Position numbers and translations under genes: made by a program. A stretch of DNA of 64,000 nucleotides, taken from NCBI GenBank assembly GCA_002269645.1, contig NIVC01000578.1, positions 138,549 to 202,548 of the forward strand. Direction: 5' to 3'. Numbering within the stretch: position 1 is the stretch's first letter; the number at the start of each line of letters is the position of its first letter. Source of the DNA: Macrostomum lignano. Its lineage: Eukaryota. Positions 33,499 to 48,775 of the stretch are shown here, piece by piece. Under the pieces are notes generated by a model. The model was not told where the DNA came from. It did no database searches and was given only the letters and a program-made list of their open reading frames with translations.

Positions 33499-33629
33499 TT
33501 GTCCACTCATTGACTCACTTGTTAGCCAATTGCCATGTCTTCCGTTTGGGTGTTGTGCCATCTTCCTAGCCTGTTCTGTATTCGTCACTGACTCCATTAG
33601 AATTCCTGACAATCCCTGACCCGATTCCC

Positions 33630-35175
33630 CTGAGATTTCCCTGGGTCCATTCTTAGACTTCCCCGGATTCACCCTGAGATTTCTCTGGGTCCATTCTTAG
33701 GCTTCCCCGGATTCCCCTGAGATTTCCCTGGGTCCATTCTTAGGCTTCCCCGGATTCCCCTGAGATTTCCCTGGGTCCATTCTTAGGCTTCCCCGGATTC
33801 CCCTGAGATTTCCCTGGGTCCATTCTTAGACTTCCCCGGATTCACCCTGAGATTTCTCTGGGTCCATTCTTAGGCTTCCCCGGATTCCCCTGAGATTTCC
33901 CTGGGTCCATTCTTAGGCTTCCCCGGATTCCCCTGAGATTTCCCTGGGTCCATTCTTAGACTTCCCCGGATTCACCCTGAGATTTCTCTGGGTCCATTCT
34001 TAGACTTCCCCGGATTCCCCTGAGATTTCTCTGGATTCGCCCTAAGATTTCCCTGGATATTCCCGGAGATTTCCCTGGATTTACCCGGAGATTTCCCTGA
34101 ATTCACCCGGAAATTTCCCTGGATTCACCCTGAGATTTCCCTGAATTCACCCCGAGATTTTCCGGGATTCCCCCTGAGATTTCCCTGAATTCACCCCGAG
34201 ATTTTCCGGGATTCCCCCTGAGATTTCCCTGAATTCACCCTAAGATTTCCTTGGATTTACGGTGAGATTTCCTTGGATTAACCCGGAGTTTTCTCTGAAT
34301 TCCCCCTGAGATTTCCTTGGATTCCCCCTGAGATTTCCTTTGATTAACCGAAATTTCTCTGGATTCACCTTAAGATTTCCTTGGATTTACTCGGAGATTT
34401 CTGTGGATTCACCCGGAGATTTCTCTGGATTCACCCAGAGATTTCCCTGGATTCACCTCAAGATTTCTCTGGATTTACCCTGAGATTTCCTTGGATTAAC
34501 CCTAATATTTCTCTGGATTCACCCTAAGATTTCCTTGGATTTACCCGGAGATTTCTCTGGATTCACCCGGAGATTTCTCTGGATTCACCCGGAGATTTCC
34601 CTGGATTCACCCTGAGATTTCCCTGAATTCACCCCGAGATTTTCCGGGATTCCCCCTGAGATTTCCCTGAATTCACCCCGAGATTTTCCGGGATTCCCCC
34701 TGAGATTTCCCTGAATTCACCCTAAGATTTCCTTGGATTTACGGTGAGATTTCCTTGGATTAACCCGGAGATTTCTCTGAATTCCCCCTGAGATTTCCTT
34801 GGATTCCCCCTGAGATTTCCTTTGATTAACCGAAATTTCTCTGGATTCACCTTAAGATTTCCTTGGATTTACTCGGAGATTTCTGTGGATTCACCCGGAG
34901 ATTTCTCTGGATTCACCCAGAGATTTCCCTGGATTCACCTCAAGATTTCTCTGGATTTACCCTGAGATTTCCTTGGATTAACCCTAATATTTCTCTGGAT
35001 TCACCCTAAGATTTCCTTGGATTTACCCGGAGATTTCTCTGGATTCACCCGGAGATTTCTCTGGATTCACCCGGAGATTTCTCTGGATTCACCCGGAGAT
35101 TTCTGTGGATTCACCCGGAGATTTCCCTGGATTCACCCCGAGATTTCTCTGGATTCACCCCGAGATTTCCCAGAG
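33630..35175. repeat. Compound satellite (42 bp, then ~21 bp GGATTCACCCGGAGATTTCTCT units) containing a ~482 bp higher-order duplication
   Basis: The rare variant GATTTACGGTGAG recurs with GGTGAG at 34261 and 34743, with the surrounding variant order preserved. Confidence 0.9.
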
Positions 35176-35664
35176 TTCACTTAGCGAACGGCCACCCGCT
35201 ACTTTATAAATTAGTCAGAATTTAGGTGAAAACTTTTTACTCAGCGTTATTGTTGTTTCGATGTGAAGTCACAGCGCAGCCATCTCTTTGCTTCCTTGCG
35301 GTCTCAAAGCTGTTATTTTGTAGCTCATTTAGTCTTTGTTCCGGCGGAGTTGATTTCGTCACAGATTCACAGGTAGTCGTTTTTGCTTGCCTATTATGCA
35401 AAATGGCTCCATTTTATGATGTTCTATAATTTCAATTCACTTTGTCTTTGTCCCCGTTTTTCTAAAAAATGTTCTTCCATTTTGTGCAGGTCTTTGTTTT
35501 CCTCTGTCCAATTTTTGCACAATGCACCCCGGGTTTTTGGATGCCAGTTTTTCTGTTGTCCCCCATGTGTTTTTCCTCAAAACATTTTTCACTGCAATTT
35601 TTTCCTTATATTGTGGCTGTTTTTGCTAATCAAATTTTACAGTGTTGAATGTTATAAATGTCCT

Positions 35665-35925
35665 GTTATGACTGTTATGTTCCTGTTATGTTCCTGTTAC
35701 GACTGTTATGACTGCTATGTTCCTGTTATGACTGTTTGTTCCTGTTATGTTCCTGATATGACTGTTTGTTCCTGTTATGTTCCTGATATGACTGTTTGTT
35801 CCTGTTATGTTCCTGATATGACTGTTATGTTCCTGTTATGACTGTTATGACTGTTATGTTCCTGTTATGTTCATGTTATGTACCTGTTATGACTGTTATG
35901 ACTGTCATGTTCCTTTTATGACAGT
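35665..35925. repeat. Short-unit repeat (CTGTTATGA / CTGTTATGTTC)
   Basis: Interleaved 9-11 bp units. Confidence 0.88.
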
Positions 35926-36409
35926 GAAACCCCATGCTGCCATGCAGAGCCCACTGTAGCAGTCCGTACATATTTTATTACTTATTTAATTGGTTTGCTA
36001 GAAATCAAAATCCTGACTAAATAATCAATTCGGTCCGCCGTGCCAATATAATTGCTCTAGACTAGATAGCTCGCTGCCACTGTGCAGCACCTGATTAATC
36101 CATTAATTAGCGCTCCGCTACTCGCTCGTGTTTCGGCCCCAAGGTTGCTGCTCGCCGTTAGAATGGTTTGGCCCTTCGCATGCGGTTTGTCACTCATTAT
36201 CGCGGTCTTAGAAATAGCATTGTTTTTTATGCAAATCAAATAAACCTGTTTGTTTGTTTTACTTTCTCCATTGTTATCGGTGATTTGACAATTATAACTC
36301 TGCTTATTTACCTTTCTTTGGATCATTTATTTTGTACTAAAATTAATAACATACCTTCATAATTGGAAGGTCATAATTGGCCAAATACATGTAAGTACCA
36401 CAGGTGCTC

Positions 36410-36670
36410 ATTCTGATGCCTCAGATGGTCATTCTGGCGCCTCAGTTGCCTTTTCTGGCGCCTCAACTGCCTATTCTGGCGCCTCAGTTACTCATTCTGG
36501 CGCCTCAGCTGCTTATTCTGCCTCAGTTGCTTTTTCTGGCGCCACAGCTGGTCATTCTGGCGCCACAACTGCTTAATCTGGCACCACAGCTTATCATTCT
36601 GGCATCCCAACTGGTCATTCTGGCTCCTCAGCTGGTCATTCTGGCGCCACAGCTGGTCATTCTGGCGCCA
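36410..36670. repeat. 21 bp minisatellite (TCATTCTGGCGCCTCAGCTGG)
   Basis: About 12 diverged copies. Confidence 0.88.
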
Positions 36671-37574
36671 AGGAGCCATGCAGATTTGCAGTGTGCACAG
36701 CCGAAGCTGTACGCTAATCCTGCCCGCATGGCAGCGCCACCGGTTAGTTAACCCGGAATCAGCTGCCGAACGAATACCGATCGATTAGCGCCGAATGGTT
36801 AATCGCGGTGCCAAGCAAAAGTTACATTTTAAAGAAATAAATTTTATATTTTAAAGCCGAACAGAAAACACCTGCGGCCGTAATGCATGCAGTTTATGCT
36901 TTTTCTCTGAAGCAGGCATTGCTTGGGGAGCCGTTTCTGAGGAATGCCCTGGGCCGGATCGGGGACAGCGCCGGGTCTGCGGCAGCGGGGAAGGGGGTGG
37001 CGGCGCAGATCACACGCGGAGCTGTTTGAGTCGGGGATCGAGGCAGGTGGCAGCGGAGACTCCTCCCTACTGCTGCACTGGTAGCCGTGATTGGAGCAGG
37101 GACTCAGCGCAGGTGGAACTCCTGGCCCGCACTGCCCCCGAGTTGATCTTTCTGGGGATAAATTGGCGAGCTCAGCCGAGCTGGGATCGGAGTCCGTGTT
37201 CTCATTGGGAAGATCGGCCTGAGGATCCCATAAGATCCCATTCGGCTTGGCTTCCGGGGTAAGTCGCCACCTTTCCCGCCTCCCAGCCGGTCATAAGTAC
37301 TTGTGCCGCAGACACCACACTGCATGTGCTGCCCTGTGCCTGCGTTTGCAAGTTCTTAAAACTGCGGGAGACTGCGCGCCTGCCGATGGCTGTCAGGATA
37401 TTTTCCCAATTTTTTGTGGGCGCTTTTTGGTGCCAAGCAGAGTCCGTTTACCAACTGCATCACCACCTCCGAACTTCACATTCCCCAAACTCACATTCCC
37501 CAAACTCACATTCCCCAAACTCCACATTCCCCAAACTCCACATTCCCCCAAAACTCACATTCCCCAAACTCTTA

Positions 37575-38518
37575 CAGAAGGGGGCGCCAGCTACAGAAGG
37601 GGCGCCAGCTACAGAAGGGGCGCCAGCTACAGAAGGGGCGCCAGCTACAGAGGGGGCGCCAGCTACAGAAGGGGCGCCAGCTACAGAGGGGGCTCCAGCT
37701 ACAGAAGGGGCGCCAGCTACAGAGGGGACTCCAGCTACAGAAGGGGCTCCAGCTACAGAAGGGGCGCCAGCTACAGAAGGGGCTCCAGCTACAGAAGGGA
37801 CGCCAGCTACAGAGGGGGCTCCAGCTACAGAGGGGGCTCCAGCTACAGAAGGGGCTCCAGCTACAGAAGGGGCGCCAGCTACAGAAGGGGCGCCAGCTAC
37901 AGAAGGGGCGCCAGCTACAGAGGGGACTCCAGCTACAGAAGGGGCGCCAGCTACAGAGTGTGGTGCTGGAGCGCTGAGCTCTAGGCACTGCAGTGACTAA
38001 CTAACTAGTTATCATGTACGTGCACCGGCAACATGCACTTTCTCTCTTGCTCTCTTTGGCCTGTCTGGCTCTACCCCTTAGATTTCATGTACGTAGTATT
38101 TGTCATCACGTGACCCCTTTCGTTATTGATCTATCAACCCTCGCTCATGTTATCATTAAATAGGCTGTTTGCTAAGTGAAATACATCTTGCAATTTTGCC
38201 ATCTACACGGCACGACACAGGAAAGGCGCCAGCTACAGAGGGGACGCCAGCTACAGAGGGGACACCGGCTACAGAGGGGACACCGGCTACAGAGGGGGCG
38301 CCAGCTACAGAGGGGACACTGGCTACGGAGGGGGCGCCAGCTACAGAGGGGACACCGGCTACGGAGGGGGCGCCAGCTACAGAGGGGACACCGGCTACGG
38401 AGGGGGCGCCAGCTACATAGGGGACGCCAGCTACAGAGGGGACACCGGCTACAGAGGGGGCGCCAGCTACAGAGGGGGCGCCAGCTACAGAGGGGGCGCC
38501 AGCTACAGAGGGGGCGCC
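37575..38518. repeat. Two arrays of one 18 bp unit (GCGCCAGCTACAGAGGGG): 37575-37957 and 38222-38518
   Basis: Same unit on both sides of a ~265 bp unique spacer; preceded by a 15 bp CACATTCCCCAAACT array (37475-37570). Confidence 0.95.
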
Positions 38519-39040
38519 CCAACGACCCGGCATTTAGCTTTTTCGGGAGCTGTCAGTATACAATGTCCAGCTCCTAAGCGGATTAGCTGTGTCTTGCCCC
38601 GAACTAAAAGTACATGAAAATAAGCAACGAAGTTCCATTTAGCCTTAAATGCGCCCAATCTCGCGTGGCGTTGCCACAAGAGATCACTGCTGCATGGCAG
38701 TTTGAAATCCAGGATATGCATCCGGGTTTTTTACTAGCAGGTGCTTTCGTTTGCTTCTGATGCTACGCATAAAATCTGTAGAAGATGCAAAAATTATTGA
38801 GGAACCCGCTGAAACTATCTGTGCTACTTTTGTTAGTAGCATATGGCTAAAAATCTAGAAAAAAACCTAGGATCAAGGATCGTCGTATGGGTTCATTTGT
38901 TTGTACTTTAACTTAAACTGAAGCGTGCATGCACATTGTCAGTGTTCAGAAAGGTGTTTGGTCTCGAAGGTACAACATTTGAACTGTTATTACTGAAACT
39001 GACTATGCTTAAATGCTATGCTATGCTATCATCAGGTCTT

Positions 39041-39980
39041 CTAGCCGCGGACAAAGAACTTCCCGCCCTGAACGCCGACCAGCTGCTGAGGCAGAACCGG
39101 TGTTGTGATTCAATGTACTGGCCCGTACTCTAGCTCTCTCTCTCCCTCTGCCAAGACCTATTTTATTGATTTATTTATTATTGAAGTTTATTTATTTACC
39201 CAGCCTGTCTGTGATTTCGAACCTCTGATTATGGTTGGCCCTCTCTCCCCGCGCCCTCTCATTGGCTGTCTCTGTCATCTGTAGCTCTTGTTTCCTACCC
39301 CCATTTGCGTTCTGCGTGGCTGCAGCCAATCCCCTCTCGCTCTCTCTGCCCCACCCCGCCGTTTCTCTTACCCTGCACCTTTAACCCCACCCCATTTGTG
39401 CTGGCTTGTATTTATTGGCCTGCGCGCCGCCCTTCCGTCTCCCGCGAGTTGTCTCCCCCCTTTCCGATTCGCTTCTGCTCACTACCCTCTCAACTCCTGC
39501 TATTCCAAGCCCAATATAGCGCCTAATATAACTCGTGCTTACTACCGGAACGTCCAGAGCGCCCGAGTGCCGAAACTGCGCAACTGCAAGTGTCACCTGT
39601 CTTATTTCTTTTGGGGTTCAATGCTTAGGATCTTGTCACCAGGTCCTGTGCGTTCGCTGCGACCCTGGTTGCCGGCCTGCAGCCTGCGCGTCAGTGCGAC
39701 AGCGGGTTGGCAAGCAGCAGGACTGGGTGCTGAGTCTTCCTGCTCGTATAGAGCGCGAGACGAAGCCGGCTGGTCCGTCTCGGGACACAACACCGGCAAG
39801 TTCAGGTGTCCAGATAGCAGGTGCCCAGGTGGAACAGGGCAGCCTTGCAGCTCGCGTCGCAACCCAGCAGGCAGTCGATGGGGCTTCCAGCCGGCTGCAC
39901 GGTGCGGTACTGGTAGAACGGCCCGCCGGAGGAGGTCGGGTTTATGTAGACGCGGGGAGCTGCGACGAAGTTGTTTCCAG
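39041..39980 (-). pseudogene. Inverted partial copy (exon 2 only) of the WSC-domain gene, interrupted by a solo LTR
   Basis: Reverse complement matches exon 2 of the + gene (GNNFVAAPRVYINPTSSGGPFYQYRTVQPAGSPIDCLLGCDASCKAALFHLGTCYL ... PQQLVGVQGGKFFVRG*). The acceptor is retained at 39981-39982. No WSC exon is found on the minus strand in the spacer. Confidence 0.85.
39101..39792. mobile_element. Solo LTR (692 bp), Ty3/Gypsy-like termini
   Basis: Termini TGTTGTG...CACAACA; 4 bp TSD CCGG at 39097-39100 and 39793-39796; the intact paralogue has a single CCGG at the equivalent site; internal CCAAT boxes and minus-strand AATAAA. Confidence 0.85.
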
Positions 39981-40514
39981 CTGGAATGAGCAATGAGCCA
40001 GTTCGCTCAGAAATCTCCAAATAAAGAAATCGTTGAAGAATTTTCATGCGCCATGCAAACCAATATGGCGGCTCTAAACTCAACTCCTCACTTCTCGCGT
40101 TTATTGATCGCAAGACAGCTCACTCCTACAGTGTTGGAGCGCCTTCTCCTACTCTCCACCGCTCCTCCTTGGATTGCCAGAGGAAAAGCTGCCGTGGATG
40201 GAAACAAGCGACTTAAAACCGGGGACTGTTGCACTCCCTGTCAATAAGTCTCTTCCATTAAGGTTTGATGGTCTATCTCGGCTTCCAATTGTTTGATTTT
40301 TTCTCTCAAAGCTACTGTAGCAGCTCCCGGCTTTTATCTTCCACCCACGCTCCCGCAGGCGCTCGCTTGAGAGTGCAGTGCCGTTCCGCAGCATCCCCAT
40401 GCGGCTCAAAGATTCTTCAACATAACTTTCCAGAATGAGTTTAAAAAGGAGTCAAGCAGAGACAGCAGCTGCTGCGATCAAGTCCGGCTTACTTACTTCA
40501 AAAGCCGTCAGAAA

Positions 40515-41312
40515 ATGTACCTCGCAGGCCCTCTGCTGATGCTTCTGTGCGCTCGGCTCTGCTTGGCTGCGGAATTCGACTTCGTCGGCTGCTACAGGGA
40601 CAACACAGATGATGCCAGGGACCTCGTCGGACTGGACGGCATGTCCTCCATCGGGCCCTACACGGTGATCACAGCAAAAAATTGCGTGATCCGGAACGAC
40701 ATGACGCTGCAGCTGTGCAGCCAGATCTGCGAGCTCGGCAACTTCAAGTACTTCGGTGCGCAATACAGGAAGGAGTGCTTCTGCGGAAACTCGTACGGCA
40801 GTCAGGGCGCCGCTCCCGAGAGCGACTGCAACATGAACTGCGCTGGCAACGCTAGCCAGATCTGCGGCTCTGGAGGCCGAAATTCGGTTTACCTGCAGGT
40901 TAACCACCGTCCCAGTGAGCAGCGGATTTCTCGCAATTTTTGTGGCTGAGGGATTTGATAGACTAACTGACCCTCTATGAGACTACTGACACTGCCCGAT
41001 GACATTTCACACTTTACATCACACTGACTTTTCAAACATTGATAATCAGCTGAACTGAACTGCATTTTGCTCATTGCAGTCGGCAACAAGTTCGTCGAAG
41101 CTCCCCGAGTCTACCTGAACCCGACCTCCTCCGGCGGGCCCTTCTACCGCACCTTGCAGCCGGCTAGAAGCCTCATCGACTGCCTGCTGGGTTGCGACGC
41201 GAGCTGCCAGGCTACCCTGTTCCACCAGGGTACCTGCTACCTGCTGAAATTGCCGGCTCTGCCGCAGCAGCTGGTCGGCGTTCAGGACGGAAAGTTCTTT
41301 GTCCGTGGCTAG
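40515..41312 (+). CDS. Secreted WSC-domain protein with a C-terminal Cys-containing PAN/apple-like module, 210 aa, 2 exons
   Basis: Signal peptide MYLAGPLLMLLCARLCLA; WSC motif FVGCYRD...MTLQLCSQIC...YFGAQYRKECFCGN...CNMNCAGNASQICG..RNSVY. Exons 40515-40914 and 41080-41312 join in phase 1. The PAN-like call is tentative. Confidence 0.85.
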
Positions 41313-41467
41313 AAGACCTGATGCTTCAGCTCGTACTTGCGCTGCGATCAACTTAATGGCGCTTTCTGTTAATCCTTACTTACTTACTTACTACTGACGG
41401 GGGGCGCAGGCGCCGCGAATAGGCCGCGAGGCCCCTATCGCAACCCCAAGGTAAAAGAGCACAAGGA

Positions 41468-46346
<4,879 letters not shown>

Positions 46347-47396
46347 TTATCCCAGGATTGCTCCCAGGCGAGGCTCCGGCAGGCCCCCGGTCCACACTCT
46401 GCAAGATCAGGGGGCGGGAGGCCGGCTGCGGGCTTGGGACACAGGCGCCAGGTCGAGTTGACAGCCGACGCCCGAGCCCTCCCCCACAAGAGCGGCCCTC
46501 GAGAACCCGTGTGGTACCAGTTGCAACTAAGGGCTGTCGATGGGTAGTTGGCGCTTAGCCAGCAGCCAACTACTTAGCAGCCACCTGCCCCGCAAAAAAG
46601 CAGCAGGGGGGATCCGTCCCCCACCAGCAGACCAAGACGAGGAAGCTAGCCGCTTCCACGCCAGGCCAGAACGAAAAGGAGGGGGAAGAGCCTCCTCGAA
46701 AAACGAAAAGCTGGCGGATGTCACAGAGTCCCTCGGTTTAAGTTGCCGTTTGCCCCCCTCTGTTAATCCTTGGGTAAATCCCTTAATCTGTGCTTTTTCA
46801 GTTCTCTTAAAAACTTTGGCTTGTTTCTAATTTAACAAAATCCTTTATGCCAGATCCACTTTAAGTTTTTTTAGTTTCAGTAATAACAGTTCGAATGTTG
46901 TACCTTCGAAACCAAACACCTTTGTGAGCACTGACTATGTGCAGGTACGCTTCAGTTCAAGTTGCAATTAAAGTGAAAAAGAATAGGAAACCGAAACTAA
47001 AAGACTATTGATTTTTCTAGGAACTGGGTTTGAACTTTTTGGATCTTTTCGCAACCCCAGCAAAATAAATATACGGGTCTCGGCTTCTCAGCCACTCTCT
47101 CCAGCATTGACAAAATGCGCCTTGCTTGTCGTCTTTGAATTTGTACATGTACGTGGCAGCGAGTTTCTCGAGCCTGAAAGTCGCTGCCTGCGCCGCAGAG
47201 CGGCTTGGAGAAAAATCTGACAATATTTTATGGCGTGAGCGTCTAGCTAATTAAAAACTAAGAACAAAAAATTGTAAGTGCACCTCGGTCCTTCAGTTAT
47301 TTTACGCATCTGTGGGGCAAGCACCTGGACCAGACTAACGCGTAAATTCATTGCTTTTCAGTAAAACTATTTGTAAGAGTACTGATATTCTTTAAT

Positions 47397-47602
47397 GCTC
47401 GCTAAGGCGTATTCAGCATGCCAGTGAAGTATGAGACAGACCAGGCCTATGATCTAAGCCCTAAGGTCTGCGATGCTTCACGCCTGCCCCCATCTTCAGC
47501 AGGCAAAGGCTGGCGGGAGGTCTGTACCCTCTATAGTCAACCCAGGGGTACTCGTCCCCGCGAGTGTTCATGGCAGACCCTCGGGCTGCTGGACAGACTG
47601 GG
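47397..47602 (+). ncRNA. HDV/CPEB3-like self-cleaving ribozyme candidate 1
   Basis: P1 GCUCGC 47397-402 / GCGAGU 47560-565 (G1.U); P2 CCCAG 47541-545 / CUGGG 47598-602; P3 GGG/CCC; L3 UACUCGU; P1.1 A47550-U47567 and C47551-G47566; P4 GCAG.CC/GG.CUGC; predicted catalytic C47594 in C-A-G-A. Folded by hand only. Confidence 0.75.
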
Positions 47603-48118
47603 CTCCGACGCTGGGTACCCATCCAGAGGCTCCGGCCGAATTTGGGTATGCAGGTCTGGCTCGCCAGTCCGCAGGCCGTGGTACTGCTTAACGTACCCTC
47701 TAATACCTAAGGTGTTGACCGAGCCTAGTATTTTATTATTTTCCCCATTATTTTTCATTTATTAATTAATCATTTTTTATCATAATTAATCTTTCATAAC
47801 AAAAATATTAAAAATATTCATCGATTACTTGATGCAAACTATGTTGCGCAAACTGCTGTAAAGCAAAGCGTTTGCTTTACATTGTGTGTGAGTTGTTACG
47901 TACTATTTTATTGCATCCTGCTGTAACACATTCATCACAGAAGCAGTTATTGTAACCACCGATCTGCTTACTTTCTACAAAGAACGCTCCAGCGAATATT
48001 GACATATCTGAATAAGTTCATAGATAATTGCAGACTTTGCTCAGTTTAGAGAGACATCATCTGTTCACATCTTAAGAACTGCTATGTTTGTAACAATATC
48101 CAATACTGCACATTTTCT

Positions 48119-48775
48119 ATGAACATGAATCTGCCAGACCCCGGCCTTCAAGGTCTTCACAGTGCTTCTGCCAGGCCCTCGGGACCGTCAAAGGCCCTTC
48201 TGGTGAAGGACTTTATCAACCGTGATGGCGAGGAGCCCGCCTTTGGCGAGAAGCCCAGAGTCCGGACCGAGCAGATCTCTGCGGGTCAGTGGGTAGCAGG
48301 CAGCAACCGAATCCTGCTGAAACTCCTCGACGAGGGCTCCCTGGTCACCGTCAAGAATGGCGCGGTGGATCTTAAACAGCTGAAGTCCTACGTTCGCTAC
48401 TGTGTTCAGTTCGTCGAGTTTATGCACCAGGGTTTCAGTCAGGCCGCCCTCAACTGTTACGATGAAGACTTCAGGATCCTGCAAAATCAGTCGAGCGGCA
48501 GCTGGGAGCGGGAGTCGCTGCAGCTGCTATCCAAGCACATTCTGGCACCAAAGTCAAGTCAGGGCGGCAACGCGATCCCCCAGCGCACCAACTTCAAGTC
48601 CAGTAGGCCAAAGCAGCAGCAGTCCGGCTTCATCGGCCCGATCGATCCTGAGGGGCGGCAGCTGTGCGTGAAGTTCAACCGCAACAGCTGCCTACGGCGC
48701 GACTGCAAGTTCAGACACGTCTGCTCCGCCTGCTACGAGGCGCACCCGCGCCAGTTCTGCACTTCAAAAAACTAG
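48119..48775 (+). CDS. DIRS/Ngaro-type gag-like ORF with a C-terminal zinc finger (probably 5'-truncated)
   Basis: ALLVKDFI...QWVAGSNRIL...YDEDFRILQ and CVKFNRNSCLRRDCKFRHVCSACYEAHPRQFC; overlaps the RT ORF, as is usual in DIRS-order elements. Confidence 0.75.
   Translation: MNMNLPDPGLQGLHSASARPSGPSKALLVKDFINRDGEEPAFGEKPRVRTEQISAGQWVAGSNRILLKLLDEGSLVTVKNGAVDLKQLKSYVRYCVQFVEFMHQGFSQAALNCYDEDFRILQNQSSGSWERESLQLLSKHILAPKSSQGGNAIPQRTNFKSSRPKQQQSGFIGPIDPEGRQLCVKFNRNSCLRRDCKFRHVCSACYEAHPRQFCTSKN

Noticed and set aside
36940-37470. GC-rich unique segment with a GGG|GTAAGT donor-like site and short ORFs on both strands
   Set aside because: No recognisable domain, no phase-linked partner exon and no ribozyme core found; it may be a UTR exon or TE remnant but cannot be supported.
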